A stretch of 64,000 nucleotides of DNA, from positions 1 through 64,000 of IMG/VR virus record IMGVR_UViG_3300049215_000686; one strand, 5' to 3'. Both the position numbers and the translations under genes were made by a program. The stretch's first letter is position 1, and every line of letters starts with the position of its first letter. The notes beneath the pieces were generated by a model. That model searched no databases. It was not told the DNA's origin and saw only the letters and a program-made list of their open reading frames with translations. Source of the stretch: a virus. This document shows, piece after piece, positions 39,522-48,235 of this stretch.

Positions 39522-40469
39522 TTAGAGATCGACGGAATCATCGGTTTCATCGCCAAGTTTGTTGGAGGCCTTGATCATTTCAATGAAAGCAACCAAATCT
39601 TGAGATTTCGGCCCTACCCATGACCAAACTGTTTTTGTGGACAAATTGACATACCGCGTCCATACGTTCTCACCTAAAAACGAGTCGTCTTTTGAGAAAT
39701 CGGAAGCCGTCGGCATTGCCAAATCGAGCCCAAAGGTTGCCGTCAATAGCGGGCGAAATTTTAAAAGCCCCCACTGGACCATCGCCCAAAGCCACAATCC
39801 CTCGCTTCGATCAGCGTGACCATGACAAGCGACTGTAAGGGTATCTTCAAAATACATGACGCCCTCACGATAAAGAGCGTCGGAATAAGGATTGATCACC
39901 GTTATTTGGGATAAATCAGCCTGAGAAATCGGGTCTTGTCCGATTTGAAATGCGGTGGGATTGCCATCAACGCCATAACCGATTCCGTATTCTCGCCCAT
40001 TCTTATCTAAAAGATGAAACCCTGGAATGACCAACTTGGCCAAATTAGGATCCATAGAAGAAGGAAGCGTAAAAGAAATAGAAGAGCCATCCGAAGAAGG
40101 AGTAATGAGTGAAGGAGAAAACTCAGGAACCGCAACTTCTCGCTCATAAGGCTGAAGACTTTGACTTAATACAAAGCCAGCATCTCCCATAAAAGACTGC
40201 ACGGGAGTCGATCTTTGTAAATGGATTGTCACCCCAGGAATTTGTGTGGGATCTAAGTCAAAGCCCAAAACAACGGGAATTTTCGTGGTAGTGACCCAGT
40301 TTTTGATTTGTTTAAAGAATCGATCCCCTAAAAGAGCGGCATGAGGATCCAAAGCCGCATCTCCGAAGATTTCAGGGATATAGAGATCAGGGTTTGAGAT
40401 CACTGTTTTTAAGGTGAAATCAACGACATATTTTAATGAAATATCAACTAGAGGCACCGACATGATCAA
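39522..40469 (-). CDS. Tail completion/terminator-like protein
   Basis: Position upstream of the sheath gene; IPGVTIHL pattern. Confidence 0.55.
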   Translation of the reverse strand: MIMSVPLVDISLKYVVDFTLKTVISNPDLYIPEIFGDAALDPHAALLGDRFFKQIKNWVTTTKIPVVLGFDLDPTQIPGVTIHLQRSTPVQSFMGDAGFVLSQSLQPYEREVAVPEFSPSLITPSSDGSSISFTLPSSMDPNLAKLVIPGFHLLDKNGREYGIGYGVDGNPTAFQIGQDPISQADLSQITVINPYSDALYREGVMYFEDTLTVACHGHADRSEGLWLWAMVQWGLLKFRPLLTATFGLDLAMPTASDFSKDDSFLGENVWTRYVNLSTKTVWSWVGPKSQDLVAFIEMIKASNKLGDETDDSVDL

Positions 40470-40675
40470 ATCCCCGATCTTTTATTTTCTTTGCAATAAT
40501 AGGAATGCGCTGGCTGCTTTGTTGTGCGTGCCCCACAATCGCATCTCCAATCTGCTTGGGTATTTCCAGGCAGTTCAGTTCGATGGCCGCGCTCGCAAAA
40601 CCCATATCCTTGTTCGAGAATCTCTTCGAACTGACCTTCTACATCTTTACCGCAATGAGGATAAGAACATTTCAT
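40466..40675 (-). CDS. Small zinc-finger protein
   Basis: Multiple Cys/His; ATGA overlaps on both sides. Confidence 0.5.
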   Translation of the reverse strand: MKCSYPHCGKDVEGQFEEILEQGYGFCERGHRTELPGNTQADWRCDCGARTTKQPAHSYYCKENKRSGI

Positions 40676-41613
40676 GTGCCCGATCCCTGAGAGAAGATTT
40701 CATTAATTCGCTTCGCGAATTCATCCGTAACGTATTGCTCAACGTCTTTCATGATATGAACGCCATCAAATCCCGGATGAACCCATTTAGGCTTGTCATG
40801 AACTGCCGCAGGAACTCGGGGGTCAGTAGCCGTCCGCCAGGTTAAATAGCGGCTTTTCATGGAACCGCTGCCGGTCTCAAATTGCACCTTCGTCACCCCC
40901 GACAAAAGAGAACTGGGTTGCTTTTCGAGTTCAAGACGCTTTCGAATATCAGTTTGGAATTCTCGGTATTCCCATTGAGGTCCGCTCGGAGATTTTGTGA
41001 TACTCCAGACTTTGCCTTTAATAGGGCTTCCCGAAGAATCCAAAGAGATCTTTGTATCGTCGGGAGCAAACATTTTCTTCAAGCGCTTTAAGTCTGTAGC
41101 CAAATCCCCCTTGGTAGTTGCCCCAGGAGAGCCCCCCTGAACCACCACAGGATTCATGGGATGTCCTTTGGATGCAAAGGCTTGGACATGTTCAAAAGGG
41201 ATCTTGACGTAGCGACGGCCTGTTTTTTGAGAAAACTGCGATTTCGCGCCGCGAGCCAGGCCTGCCGCAATCATGTCAAAGCCGCTGTAGCCTTCTTCCA
41301 GGTAAACGGCGTCGTTCTCAAGCAAGATCGTCCAAATACCTTCGCCACTTTTAACTTTTTTAAGACCAGAAAGGTATTGCTGAACGGTTGAGTGCAATCG
41401 ATCGGAGGCAAGAGATTGCGCATGGTCGTAGGCATCATCCCAAACGTCTTTAACAACGCCTTGAACTGCCCCAAGATAAGGTGCGACCGCCGCCGAAGCC
41501 GCATCCGATAAGATTTTTTCCCAGCCACCGTCAGGCGAAAATTTAAATTTCACCCTCTCATTCTGATCCCACTCGGCTAGGACGTGACTTCTTTCTTTTG
41601 GCTTCTCAGCCAA
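40672..41613 (-). CDS. Neck/tail-completion protein
   Basis: RLHSTVQQYL, LEEG..GFDM, YVKIPF, TWRT, WVHPG motifs typical of large-myophage neck proteins. Confidence 0.6.
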   Translation of the reverse strand: MAEKPKERSHVLAEWDQNERVKFKFSPDGGWEKILSDAASAAVAPYLGAVQGVVKDVWDDAYDHAQSLASDRLHSTVQQYLSGLKKVKSGEGIWTILLENDAVYLEEGYSGFDMIAAGLARGAKSQFSQKTGRRYVKIPFEHVQAFASKGHPMNPVVVQGGSPGATTKGDLATDLKRLKKMFAPDDTKISLDSSGSPIKGKVWSITKSPSGPQWEYREFQTDIRKRLELEKQPSSLLSGVTKVQFETGSGSMKSRYLTWRTATDPRVPAAVHDKPKWVHPGFDGVHIMKDVEQYVTDEFAKRINEIFSQGSGT

Positions 41614-42617
41614 TCCTCATATTCTTGTTGCTGCTTTTGGGCCTCAGCAAACGACCCTTTAGGAAGGCCGTATTTAGGAATCCTTTTAGGCGCCTCAACT
41701 TGTTCACCCAGTTTGGGCTGCTCTTGAGGCTGAGAAATAACGCCCGATTCAATCAGTTTTTTCTCGGGAGTTTCATTCCCTTTTTGCTGAAGTCTTAAAT
41801 TAAGTTCTTTTTCGGTATTTTCATCCCAATAGACGACCTGATTCTTGCCCCGAAGTTTCCCGAGTTCTCGCGCCTGAATGCTTTGAGAAATAGTCTTTCC
41901 CACGCCGACAGTCACCGTTGCTCCCACTTGCTTAAAGTAGTTTTGTCTGAATTCTTCAATGTAATCAAGGGCGGCTTGTGGGACCTTCACTTGCCCTTCA
42001 TCGCCACCGGCTTCGATCACCGTTCCGCTATAGGTACCTGCCCATTGGATAAAAAGTCTCATCCCAAGATCAATCCGCTGACTGATTTCTTTTACTTTGG
42101 CTTCATCATCCGTGTATTGAGCACGAGCGACTTGATTTCCGATATTATCGCCGTCCATCGTGACATAATAAAGACCATCATTTTCCAGAACAACCTCAGC
42201 GTTTTGACGCTCAAGTTCCATGGCTTGTTGATGAGCCTGAAGTTCGGCACGCTCTTGGCGCTTTTGCTCGGCACGCTTTAAGATCTCTCTTAAAATCGTT
42301 AATGCGGGTTCAATTCTTTTTGAGACATCTTCGCCCGATATTTGCTCAGAAGCATTCGGAGTTGGAGCATTCGGCTGGGCTTCGGTGTCTTCTTTGCCAT
42401 CATCTTCTTTGGCTAAAATTTCAATTCCTTCAGATTTCACAAGCATCTTGTCAGAAAAACTTGCAAAAAGATCCGTCAACTGGGTGACATTAAGTCCAGC
42501 GGGAAGACCTTTAAGCAAAGCGTCTGGACCAATGAATTTCACTCCGCCTTCAGGGAGATCTTCCGCGCTCATAATAAACTCACCGTTTTTACGGTGAAAA
42601 ACCTTAATCTTTGCCAT
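41577..42617 (-). CDS. mCpol (minimal CRISPR polymerase)-like domain protein
   Basis: YVTMDGDNIG, VIEAGGDEG, TVTVGVG, GKLRGKNQ. Confidence 0.75.
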   Translation of the reverse strand: MAKIKVFHRKNGEFIMSAEDLPEGGVKFIGPDALLKGLPAGLNVTQLTDLFASFSDKMLVKSEGIEILAKEDDGKEDTEAQPNAPTPNASEQISGEDVSKRIEPALTILREILKRAEQKRQERAELQAHQQAMELERQNAEVVLENDGLYYVTMDGDNIGNQVARAQYTDDEAKVKEISQRIDLGMRLFIQWAGTYSGTVIEAGGDEGQVKVPQAALDYIEEFRQNYFKQVGATVTVGVGKTISQSIQARELGKLRGKNQVVYWDENTEKELNLRLQQKGNETPEKKLIESGVISQPQEQPKLGEQVEAPKRIPKYGLPKGSFAEAQKQQQEYEDWLRSQKKEVTS

Positions 42618-45315
42618 TGCCTTTAATCCTATCACGGATCTTGGCCAAAGTCTCTTTGACTTCGGTAAGCCTTCGTTTGTAAAGAATTATTCCAGCGCGT
42701 TTGGTCAAATCGTTTTTGAAATTCAAAATATCTTCTTCTTGCCACTCGCTTTTAAAAAAGATGTTGACCCCTTTTGCAGTAATCTCAATTCTGGGCTTTG
42801 GAAGATTCATATAGCAAATGCAAGCCTCAGATGAACGTTCACAGGCTTGGCATTCGGTTTCAGGATTTTCGATACCCGCTGATAATTCCATACCATGAAT
42901 CGTTTCTACGTGCTCTTTCAGTTGAGTCTGGAGTTTCTTAATTCGATCCGCAATCCCGGCAGAAGAATCGATTAATTTATTTTTGTATTCTTCAAGTTCT
43001 TTTGACTGTACTTTTGCCTCTTGATCCAGTTTTTGAGGAGTTGGATTCTCAAGCGCATCAACCAATTTTTCATGTTCCTGAACCAGTTCCTTTACTGGAA
43101 CTTCGATCGTTTCTTGTTTCTTCCCGGCCACAAGTTTCTCCTCGCTTCCGTACAGTTCCAGTTTTGATTGCAATTGACTCAACACCAACGGAAGCGTCAG
43201 TTTTTCAAATTGATGGATGATATGATTTTCATGCTCGATCCAGCCGCTATATAAATCTGCCAGTACTTTCCGGACTTTAATGGTCTTGCCAGCCAGTTCG
43301 AGGGTTGCTGTATCGTCTTTTTTAAGCGGAACAAGATGTTCTTTGCCCCAGTCCAAAAGTTCGGGCGCTACTGAGGCCATTGCCTGATCATGAGACTTAG
43401 GATCAGTCAGGGTTTCGCCGTCTCCTTGAGTGAAAGCCTTTTTCACCGAATCTTCTTGTTGGTCCTCATAGACAACCGTGGTTTTCCCGGCGTGGCCATG
43501 AACTAACAGACAATCATGAATCGAAGGATAAAACGCAAGCGATCCCCAACGAGTCAGCCAATTCATCCCGACCCAACCATTAGAAAAAATAACGCCCTCA
43601 GCCACTCGGCCAGTTCCACTTACTCCTGATTCATCTTGTTCGCGCCAAAGATAGAATTTCTTAATCTTGCCGCCTTCTTTAAGTTCTCCAGACAACCTTT
43701 CTGATTTTGAGATCCCTGAAAATTGCTCTTTAACGTCTTTAGGCACGCCCGTAGTCCTGAAAGTGGCCTCTTCGTGCTCTAATCCGCTCTTTTTTGCATG
43801 CTCATCAATCATCCCAAGAGCATGCTCCAAAGAAATCTTCTCTGAAGAAGGAACGAATCCTTCATCGCTCGGTTCAGTGAATTGACCCGTTAATGCGCGA
43901 TGCACGGCGTCATGCATAACTGTATTCAATTCCCGGTGAAAGTCTTCATCCGAGATCTTATGTCCTAATTTTTCAGAAATTTCTCGCTGTTTATGAGCAG
44001 CCAGCCACTCCCAATGCACCGCCCGCTTGGCTTCACGAGGAGACCGAACTCCCATTTTTCCCAGTCTTCGGCCTTCTCCGTATAAGTTGTTCACTTCCGG
44101 GTAAGTCAGCGCATGCGAAAGTTCATGGACTTTTCTCCAAGAACGTGTGAACGCCTCATTTTGAAAATCTCCGCCACTTCCCGGAGAAGGATCCCAAATC
44201 ATTAAATGTTTGGTGTTGTAGTTCTTGGCTTTTAGATCAGGCCGGCCATATTTGCCGCCCGCAAAGTAAGTTTTATAGCCATGCTCAGCGATCATGTGAT
44301 CAATTGCTGGCTCATGACGTTCAATCCCACCATAAAAGTTAAGATTACTTTTATGATTAGGTAAAATATGACCATAACGTTCAGCGATAGGCCGATACGA
44401 TGCCACGCCCTTTCCGGCGGCTTGAGCATTGTCAGAATGAGGTTCTTTAATAGGCTCTGGGCGAGGAGAACCGCGAGTACTTTGCGTAAAAGACTCGGCC
44501 TTTTCAATATTTTCAGCATCATCAGAATAAAATTCGGTATGCCCGTCGTGCCAATCATAGGCATGCGGATGAGCCGCGCCAGGAGCGTTTTCTCTCAGCA
44601 TCGAAGGAGGATGCCCGTGAATCACAACCGCAGGCTCTCCATTTTCTTGGGCTAGTGAAATCGTATCTTCGAGTTTTTCATCATCCGGATCTTTTACATG
44701 AACGCCCGGTAAATGATCATGAGATTCATGCATTGCATGAAATATATTGATGCCAAGAACCGATCCATAATGATGAGGATTATGGATTTCTTTTGTTTCT
44801 TTTTTCTTCTCATGAAATAGCAAATCAAACGGCTTTTCATCGGCCTTTTTGACCTCAGGCTCTTCGACATTCAGCCTAAATCGATGGCCAGACGGAAGTT
44901 GCGTATAAAACTCTTTTAAATGCGGTCCATGAGAAAAACCTTCACCGGTCCAAGAGGGCCTGCCATCTTGGAAAACGAGTTCGCTTTTATTTTCAGAATG
45001 ATGAAGAACGGCCTCTTGGCCATATTGCCATCCTATATTTTCGATCGCTTTTCGATGCTCTGGAATCCCTTCATGGGCTACCAAATAGGATTCTTCCGGA
45101 TGGCTATAATGACCCTTAACGGGAGTTGCCTCGAATCCGGCTTGTTTTAAGTCTTGAGCCAAAGAGGAATGAGCATTCGCATTGTGTTCAGGACTGTTTT
45201 GCGCAGAAACAAGAGAAAAATGCTTGGGGAGCCCAGGGAATGAAAAATGATCCGGATATGACGGATCATGCAGCGGATGAGTACTCGGAAGGGCTGGATT
45301 TATTTTCTCTGCCAT
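42604..45315 (-). CDS. Modular putative head protein: SAM-lyase-like, HEXXH zincin and SGVSGTG/HGH domains
   Basis: Motif-level alignment to T3 SAMase; HELSH..E; domains separated by phi-x-K-[S/A] linkers. Confidence 0.7.
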   Translation of the reverse strand: MAEKINPALPSTHPLHDPSYPDHFSFPGLPKHFSLVSAQNSPEHNANAHSSLAQDLKQAGFEATPVKGHYSHPEESYLVAHEGIPEHRKAIENIGWQYGQEAVLHHSENKSELVFQDGRPSWTGEGFSHGPHLKEFYTQLPSGHRFRLNVEEPEVKKADEKPFDLLFHEKKKETKEIHNPHHYGSVLGINIFHAMHESHDHLPGVHVKDPDDEKLEDTISLAQENGEPAVVIHGHPPSMLRENAPGAAHPHAYDWHDGHTEFYSDDAENIEKAESFTQSTRGSPRPEPIKEPHSDNAQAAGKGVASYRPIAERYGHILPNHKSNLNFYGGIERHEPAIDHMIAEHGYKTYFAGGKYGRPDLKAKNYNTKHLMIWDPSPGSGGDFQNEAFTRSWRKVHELSHALTYPEVNNLYGEGRRLGKMGVRSPREAKRAVHWEWLAAHKQREISEKLGHKISDEDFHRELNTVMHDAVHRALTGQFTEPSDEGFVPSSEKISLEHALGMIDEHAKKSGLEHEEATFRTTGVPKDVKEQFSGISKSERLSGELKEGGKIKKFYLWREQDESGVSGTGRVAEGVIFSNGWVGMNWLTRWGSLAFYPSIHDCLLVHGHAGKTTVVYEDQQEDSVKKAFTQGDGETLTDPKSHDQAMASVAPELLDWGKEHLVPLKKDDTATLELAGKTIKVRKVLADLYSGWIEHENHIIHQFEKLTLPLVLSQLQSKLELYGSEEKLVAGKKQETIEVPVKELVQEHEKLVDALENPTPQKLDQEAKVQSKELEEYKNKLIDSSAGIADRIKKLQTQLKEHVETIHGMELSAGIENPETECQACERSSEACICYMNLPKPRIEITAKGVNIFFKSEWQEEDILNFKNDLTKRAGIILYKRRLTEVKETLAKIRDRIKGNGKD

Positions 45316-45361
45316 GCCGCTATTATCACGCGAGATACCCAGCCGAGATTTTCGAATTCAT

Positions 45362-45889
45362 TCACTTTTCAAGCGATAAGAACCAGGCAGTAGGGTAGTC
45401 TTTGCCCCGTTTAATCCATTTTGCGACTGTTTTTGGCTTTCTTAAACGAGTCGTCCCTTGGTCGGGAGAATAATGGTCATTAATACAAATCCATGAGCCC
45501 CGAGAGGTCCCGGCAATAAAACAAAAATGATCTCCGATTTGGCCGCTTTCTCGCCAACGGTAAGAAAGAGCCACCGCTCCGCCAGATTTCAAATGTGCCC
45601 GGATTTGCGCCAGAGTAGGATGTTTTTTACGCCTGACCTTAAAATTACCCTTACCGACATAGCGTAAAACGCGATCAAAATCCTGGTCCGTGGTTCCATT
45701 GGCATCAAAATCATCGGGGAATTCGGGATCAATCGTTCGACAAGAAAATTGAAGAAAAGGAAGATGGTTACGACTCGATGCATCAATTCCGGACCACTTC
45801 ATTGCGTTCAAGATTGCCGTGGGTCCGCACGAGAACGAGTCAACTTGTTGACAATATCTCGGCATACTTCCACCGAAAACCTTAAACAA
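45362..45889 (-). CDS. C39-like (papain-fold) cysteine peptidase
   Basis: QQVDSFSCGPTA, DHF, IND catalytic triad. Confidence 0.75.
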   Translation of the reverse strand: MFKVFGGSMPRYCQQVDSFSCGPTAILNAMKWSGIDASSRNHLPFLQFSCRTIDPEFPDDFDANGTTDQDFDRVLRYVGKGNFKVRRKKHPTLAQIRAHLKSGGAVALSYRWRESGQIGDHFCFIAGTSRGSWICINDHYSPDQGTTRLRKPKTVAKWIKRGKDYPTAWFLSLEK

Positions 45890-45946
45890 GAGTTAAAGAA
45901 AATGCCGTCATTAATACATTTTGAAGGCAAAGAGACAGGCGGGAAT

Positions 45947-46420
45947 TTATCCAAAAACACTTTGAACAGCGCCGACAATACCCGTCTGCTGAGAACCAGG
46001 ACCATAAAATCCGATCGATTTAATGTTCCAAGTCTCAATCAGAACGTTTTCGGCATCAACAGAACCTGAACGTCTGAAGAGCCATGCGCGAGGAAGGAAA
46101 AGAATGGTTTTATCCGTTTGCTTATCTCGGATTTCAACGGAAATATAAGGAGTCTTGGTGAACGCATCTAAGGGGTTCGCAGAATCACCCAATGGAGCGA
46201 TCAAAGAGCCTACAGGATCATTATCGGGAGTTCGGTAGACTTTGATATCCATCGTGACCCGAATCATATCTGGGGCCAATTCAGTAGGAACAATATTGTC
46301 TAGGCCGTGGATATCCACCTCGCCCGTTTCAATGCTGTAATCAAGCACAAAACCGGCAGCAACCACGTCGTTATTAATCTTTAAGACGGTTCGATAACCG
46401 GCTAAAACCTGAGGAATCAT
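45947..46420 (-). CDS. Tail tube-like protein (paralogue 3)
   Basis: LAGYRTVLKIN..IEIRDK..T-type pattern shared with the two tube genes. Confidence 0.6.
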   Translation of the reverse strand: MIPQVLAGYRTVLKINNDVVAAGFVLDYSIETGEVDIHGLDNIVPTELAPDMIRVTMDIKVYRTPDNDPVGSLIAPLGDSANPLDAFTKTPYISVEIRDKQTDKTILFLPRAWLFRRSGSVDAENVLIETWNIKSIGFYGPGSQQTGIVGAVQSVFG

Positions 46421-46447
46421 AAAAACTTAAAGAACAATCCTTAAAGT

Positions 46448-47032
46448 TCATTTCTTTTTAGGCGGCTGGACTTCGGCAGGATTTTTAGGAACTTTCACCT
46501 GAGTCTGCTTAGCGGGCTTAACACCCATCAAGGATGCTTTATTGACAGTTGTCGTCGGAGGTGAACCCGGAAAACCAATGACCGAACCCAAAGTAGGTCC
46601 GCCCATGGCTCCATCCTTTTTCACATCACCCTTTTGAACACCCTTTTTGTCTCGAAGGGATTGCTGATGAGATGACATGTTTTCTGAATGAACCGGCCCA
46701 TCTTTGCTTGGTTTTTCTGAAAAAGGAACCGAGGTCGAAGGATTCTTTTGGGTTTTCTCAAAATTGGGATGCCAATTGCTTTTTACAAAACTCTCGGCAA
46801 ATGATTCTAGGATATGTTTTTTTACTGTAGGGACAATCGTTTCTTTAATATCCGGGTATTCAATGGGCTCAGGAACCTTGATCTCTTTTGGAGCAATTCC
46901 GCCGCCCTGCACCATGGGAGCCAATTTGTCGGCTACTTCCATCAGTTTGACCTGAACGGACTTTTCCAGCCGATCAAAGCCACTCAGCATTCCTTTGAAT
47001 TTTAGGATCTTTTCCCTGAAGCCATCGCTCAT
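46448..47032 (-). CDS. Low-complexity putative head protein
   Basis: LEKS, FVKS, VQKG, VNKA motifs. Confidence 0.5.
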   Translation of the reverse strand: MSDGFREKILKFKGMLSGFDRLEKSVQVKLMEVADKLAPMVQGGGIAPKEIKVPEPIEYPDIKETIVPTVKKHILESFAESFVKSNWHPNFEKTQKNPSTSVPFSEKPSKDGPVHSENMSSHQQSLRDKKGVQKGDVKKDGAMGGPTLGSVIGFPGSPPTTTVNKASLMGVKPAKQTQVKVPKNPAEVQPPKKK

Positions 47033-47547
47033 AGACCGTAACCATCCGTAGCCGAATTGCTCGGAGAGCCGCCCGAAGCGCTATATCCGGCATCATAAAT
47101 GCCAACAAAGTTAATTCGCTCATTGGCAATATCGTTTGCGTTCATAGACTGAGTTCGTCCCGAAAAACGACACCCCTTCACAGAAGCAATCGTTGCCTCA
47201 GTCACCCGGTCCTGAAGAACAATATTGATATCCTGAGCCGACGTAATAACATTCAAAACAGGCTCAAGGCCAATTTCAATAGAAGAAACTTCTGAATCAT
47301 TGCCAGTAACTTTTCTTGCAGCCAAATCTGCATCCGCATTAAAAGCATTTACGGGTATTACTCGGCCAATGCTGACATCGACATCATATGCCAACGTGTC
47401 GATAGCCGCAGCATTCATATCTCCCACCACATGGGTCGGTCGGACGTTATGCCGGATATTTACCGTGATATCGGTTGCAATTGCCAAAGTCTGAGAGCCA
47501 TTTTTAATAAGCCCTCTGGCTCCGCTTAGTAATTGTGGATTAGCCAT
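47029..47547 (-). CDS. Tail tube protein (paralogue 2)
   Basis: PQLLSGARG..IGRVIPVN..GCRFSGR..IANER. Confidence 0.75.
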   Translation of the reverse strand: MANPQLLSGARGLIKNGSQTLAIATDITVNIRHNVRPTHVVGDMNAAAIDTLAYDVDVSIGRVIPVNAFNADADLAARKVTGNDSEVSSIEIGLEPVLNVITSAQDINIVLQDRVTEATIASVKGCRFSGRTQSMNANDIANERINFVGIYDAGYSASGGSPSNSATDGYGL

Positions 47548-47557
47548 CGTTTACTCC

Positions 47558-48046
47558 TTAAAGCCCGATGCCATCGTCGGTATTGTTCTTCGCATCGAAG
47601 ATCCCGACGAGTTGGATGCGTTCATTCGCGATCTGTTGCGCCGATAGGTTCATGGTTCGTCCGGCAAAACGGCAGTTTCGCACTTCCGCAACCGTAGTTG
47701 AGGTAAGCGAATCCACCAAAGAAACCGTCACGTCTTCAGCCAAAAGCATTTGATTAATAACGGGTTCGATCCCTGCGAAGGCCGCTGAAGTCGTGCTCGT
47801 ATCGACTGCCGTGCCATCAGGCTTATTAACGGGAATCACACGACCAATTGTTACGTTTGCGCTATAAGAGAGAGGCTCAACCGACCGAGCGTTAGGAGCA
47901 CCAAAAGTATGGATCGCCCGAACGTTTGCCTGGATATTAACGTTTACATCGGTCACAAACGCGATGATTTGCCCATTTACTTTGAGTTGTCCGCGCGCAC
48001 CGGAAAATAACTGGGGTCTTGAGTGGCCCCCTGCTGGAATTGCCAT
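47558..48046 (-). CDS. Tail tube protein (paralogue 1)
   Basis: PQLFSGARG..IGRVIPVN..NCRFAGR..IANER; start MAIPAG after RBS GAGG. Confidence 0.75.
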   Translation of the reverse strand: MAIPAGGHSRPQLFSGARGQLKVNGQIIAFVTDVNVNIQANVRAIHTFGAPNARSVEPLSYSANVTIGRVIPVNKPDGTAVDTSTTSAAFAGIEPVINQMLLAEDVTVSLVDSLTSTTVAEVRNCRFAGRTMNLSAQQIANERIQLVGIFDAKNNTDDGIGL

Positions 48047-48132
48047 TGATTTACCTCTTGGGAAAGAAAGGAAGGTTGTCCCTAGAGGTAATCGTAGAGT
48101 AAGATCGCTAGATCGTAGATTTAGCCAAAAAT

Positions 48133-48208
48133 TGGAAGCGGGCCGAGGAGTCGAACCTCGCAATCGTGGCGTATGAAACCACTAAGATGCCCTTTCTTAA
48201 TGCCCGCA
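48133..48208 (-). tRNA. tRNA with CAT anticodon (Met, fMet or Ile2), CCA encoded
   Basis: Acceptor GCGGGC/GCCCGC, anticodon loop TTCATAC, T arm CGAGG-TTCGACT-CCTCG. Confidence 0.85.
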
Positions 48209-48235
48209 GTTTCAATATACCTTTTTTGGATTAAA

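Noticed and set aside
41820-42175. Canonical diguanylate cyclase (GGDEF)
   Set aside because: Lacks D.D.FK..ND..GH..GD and the R before GGDE; DGDNIG fits mCpol better
48047-48163. N-terminal extension of the tube ORF (MRGSTPRPAS..)
   Set aside because: It is read through the tRNA T arm; the RBS and paralogue alignment support a start at 48046
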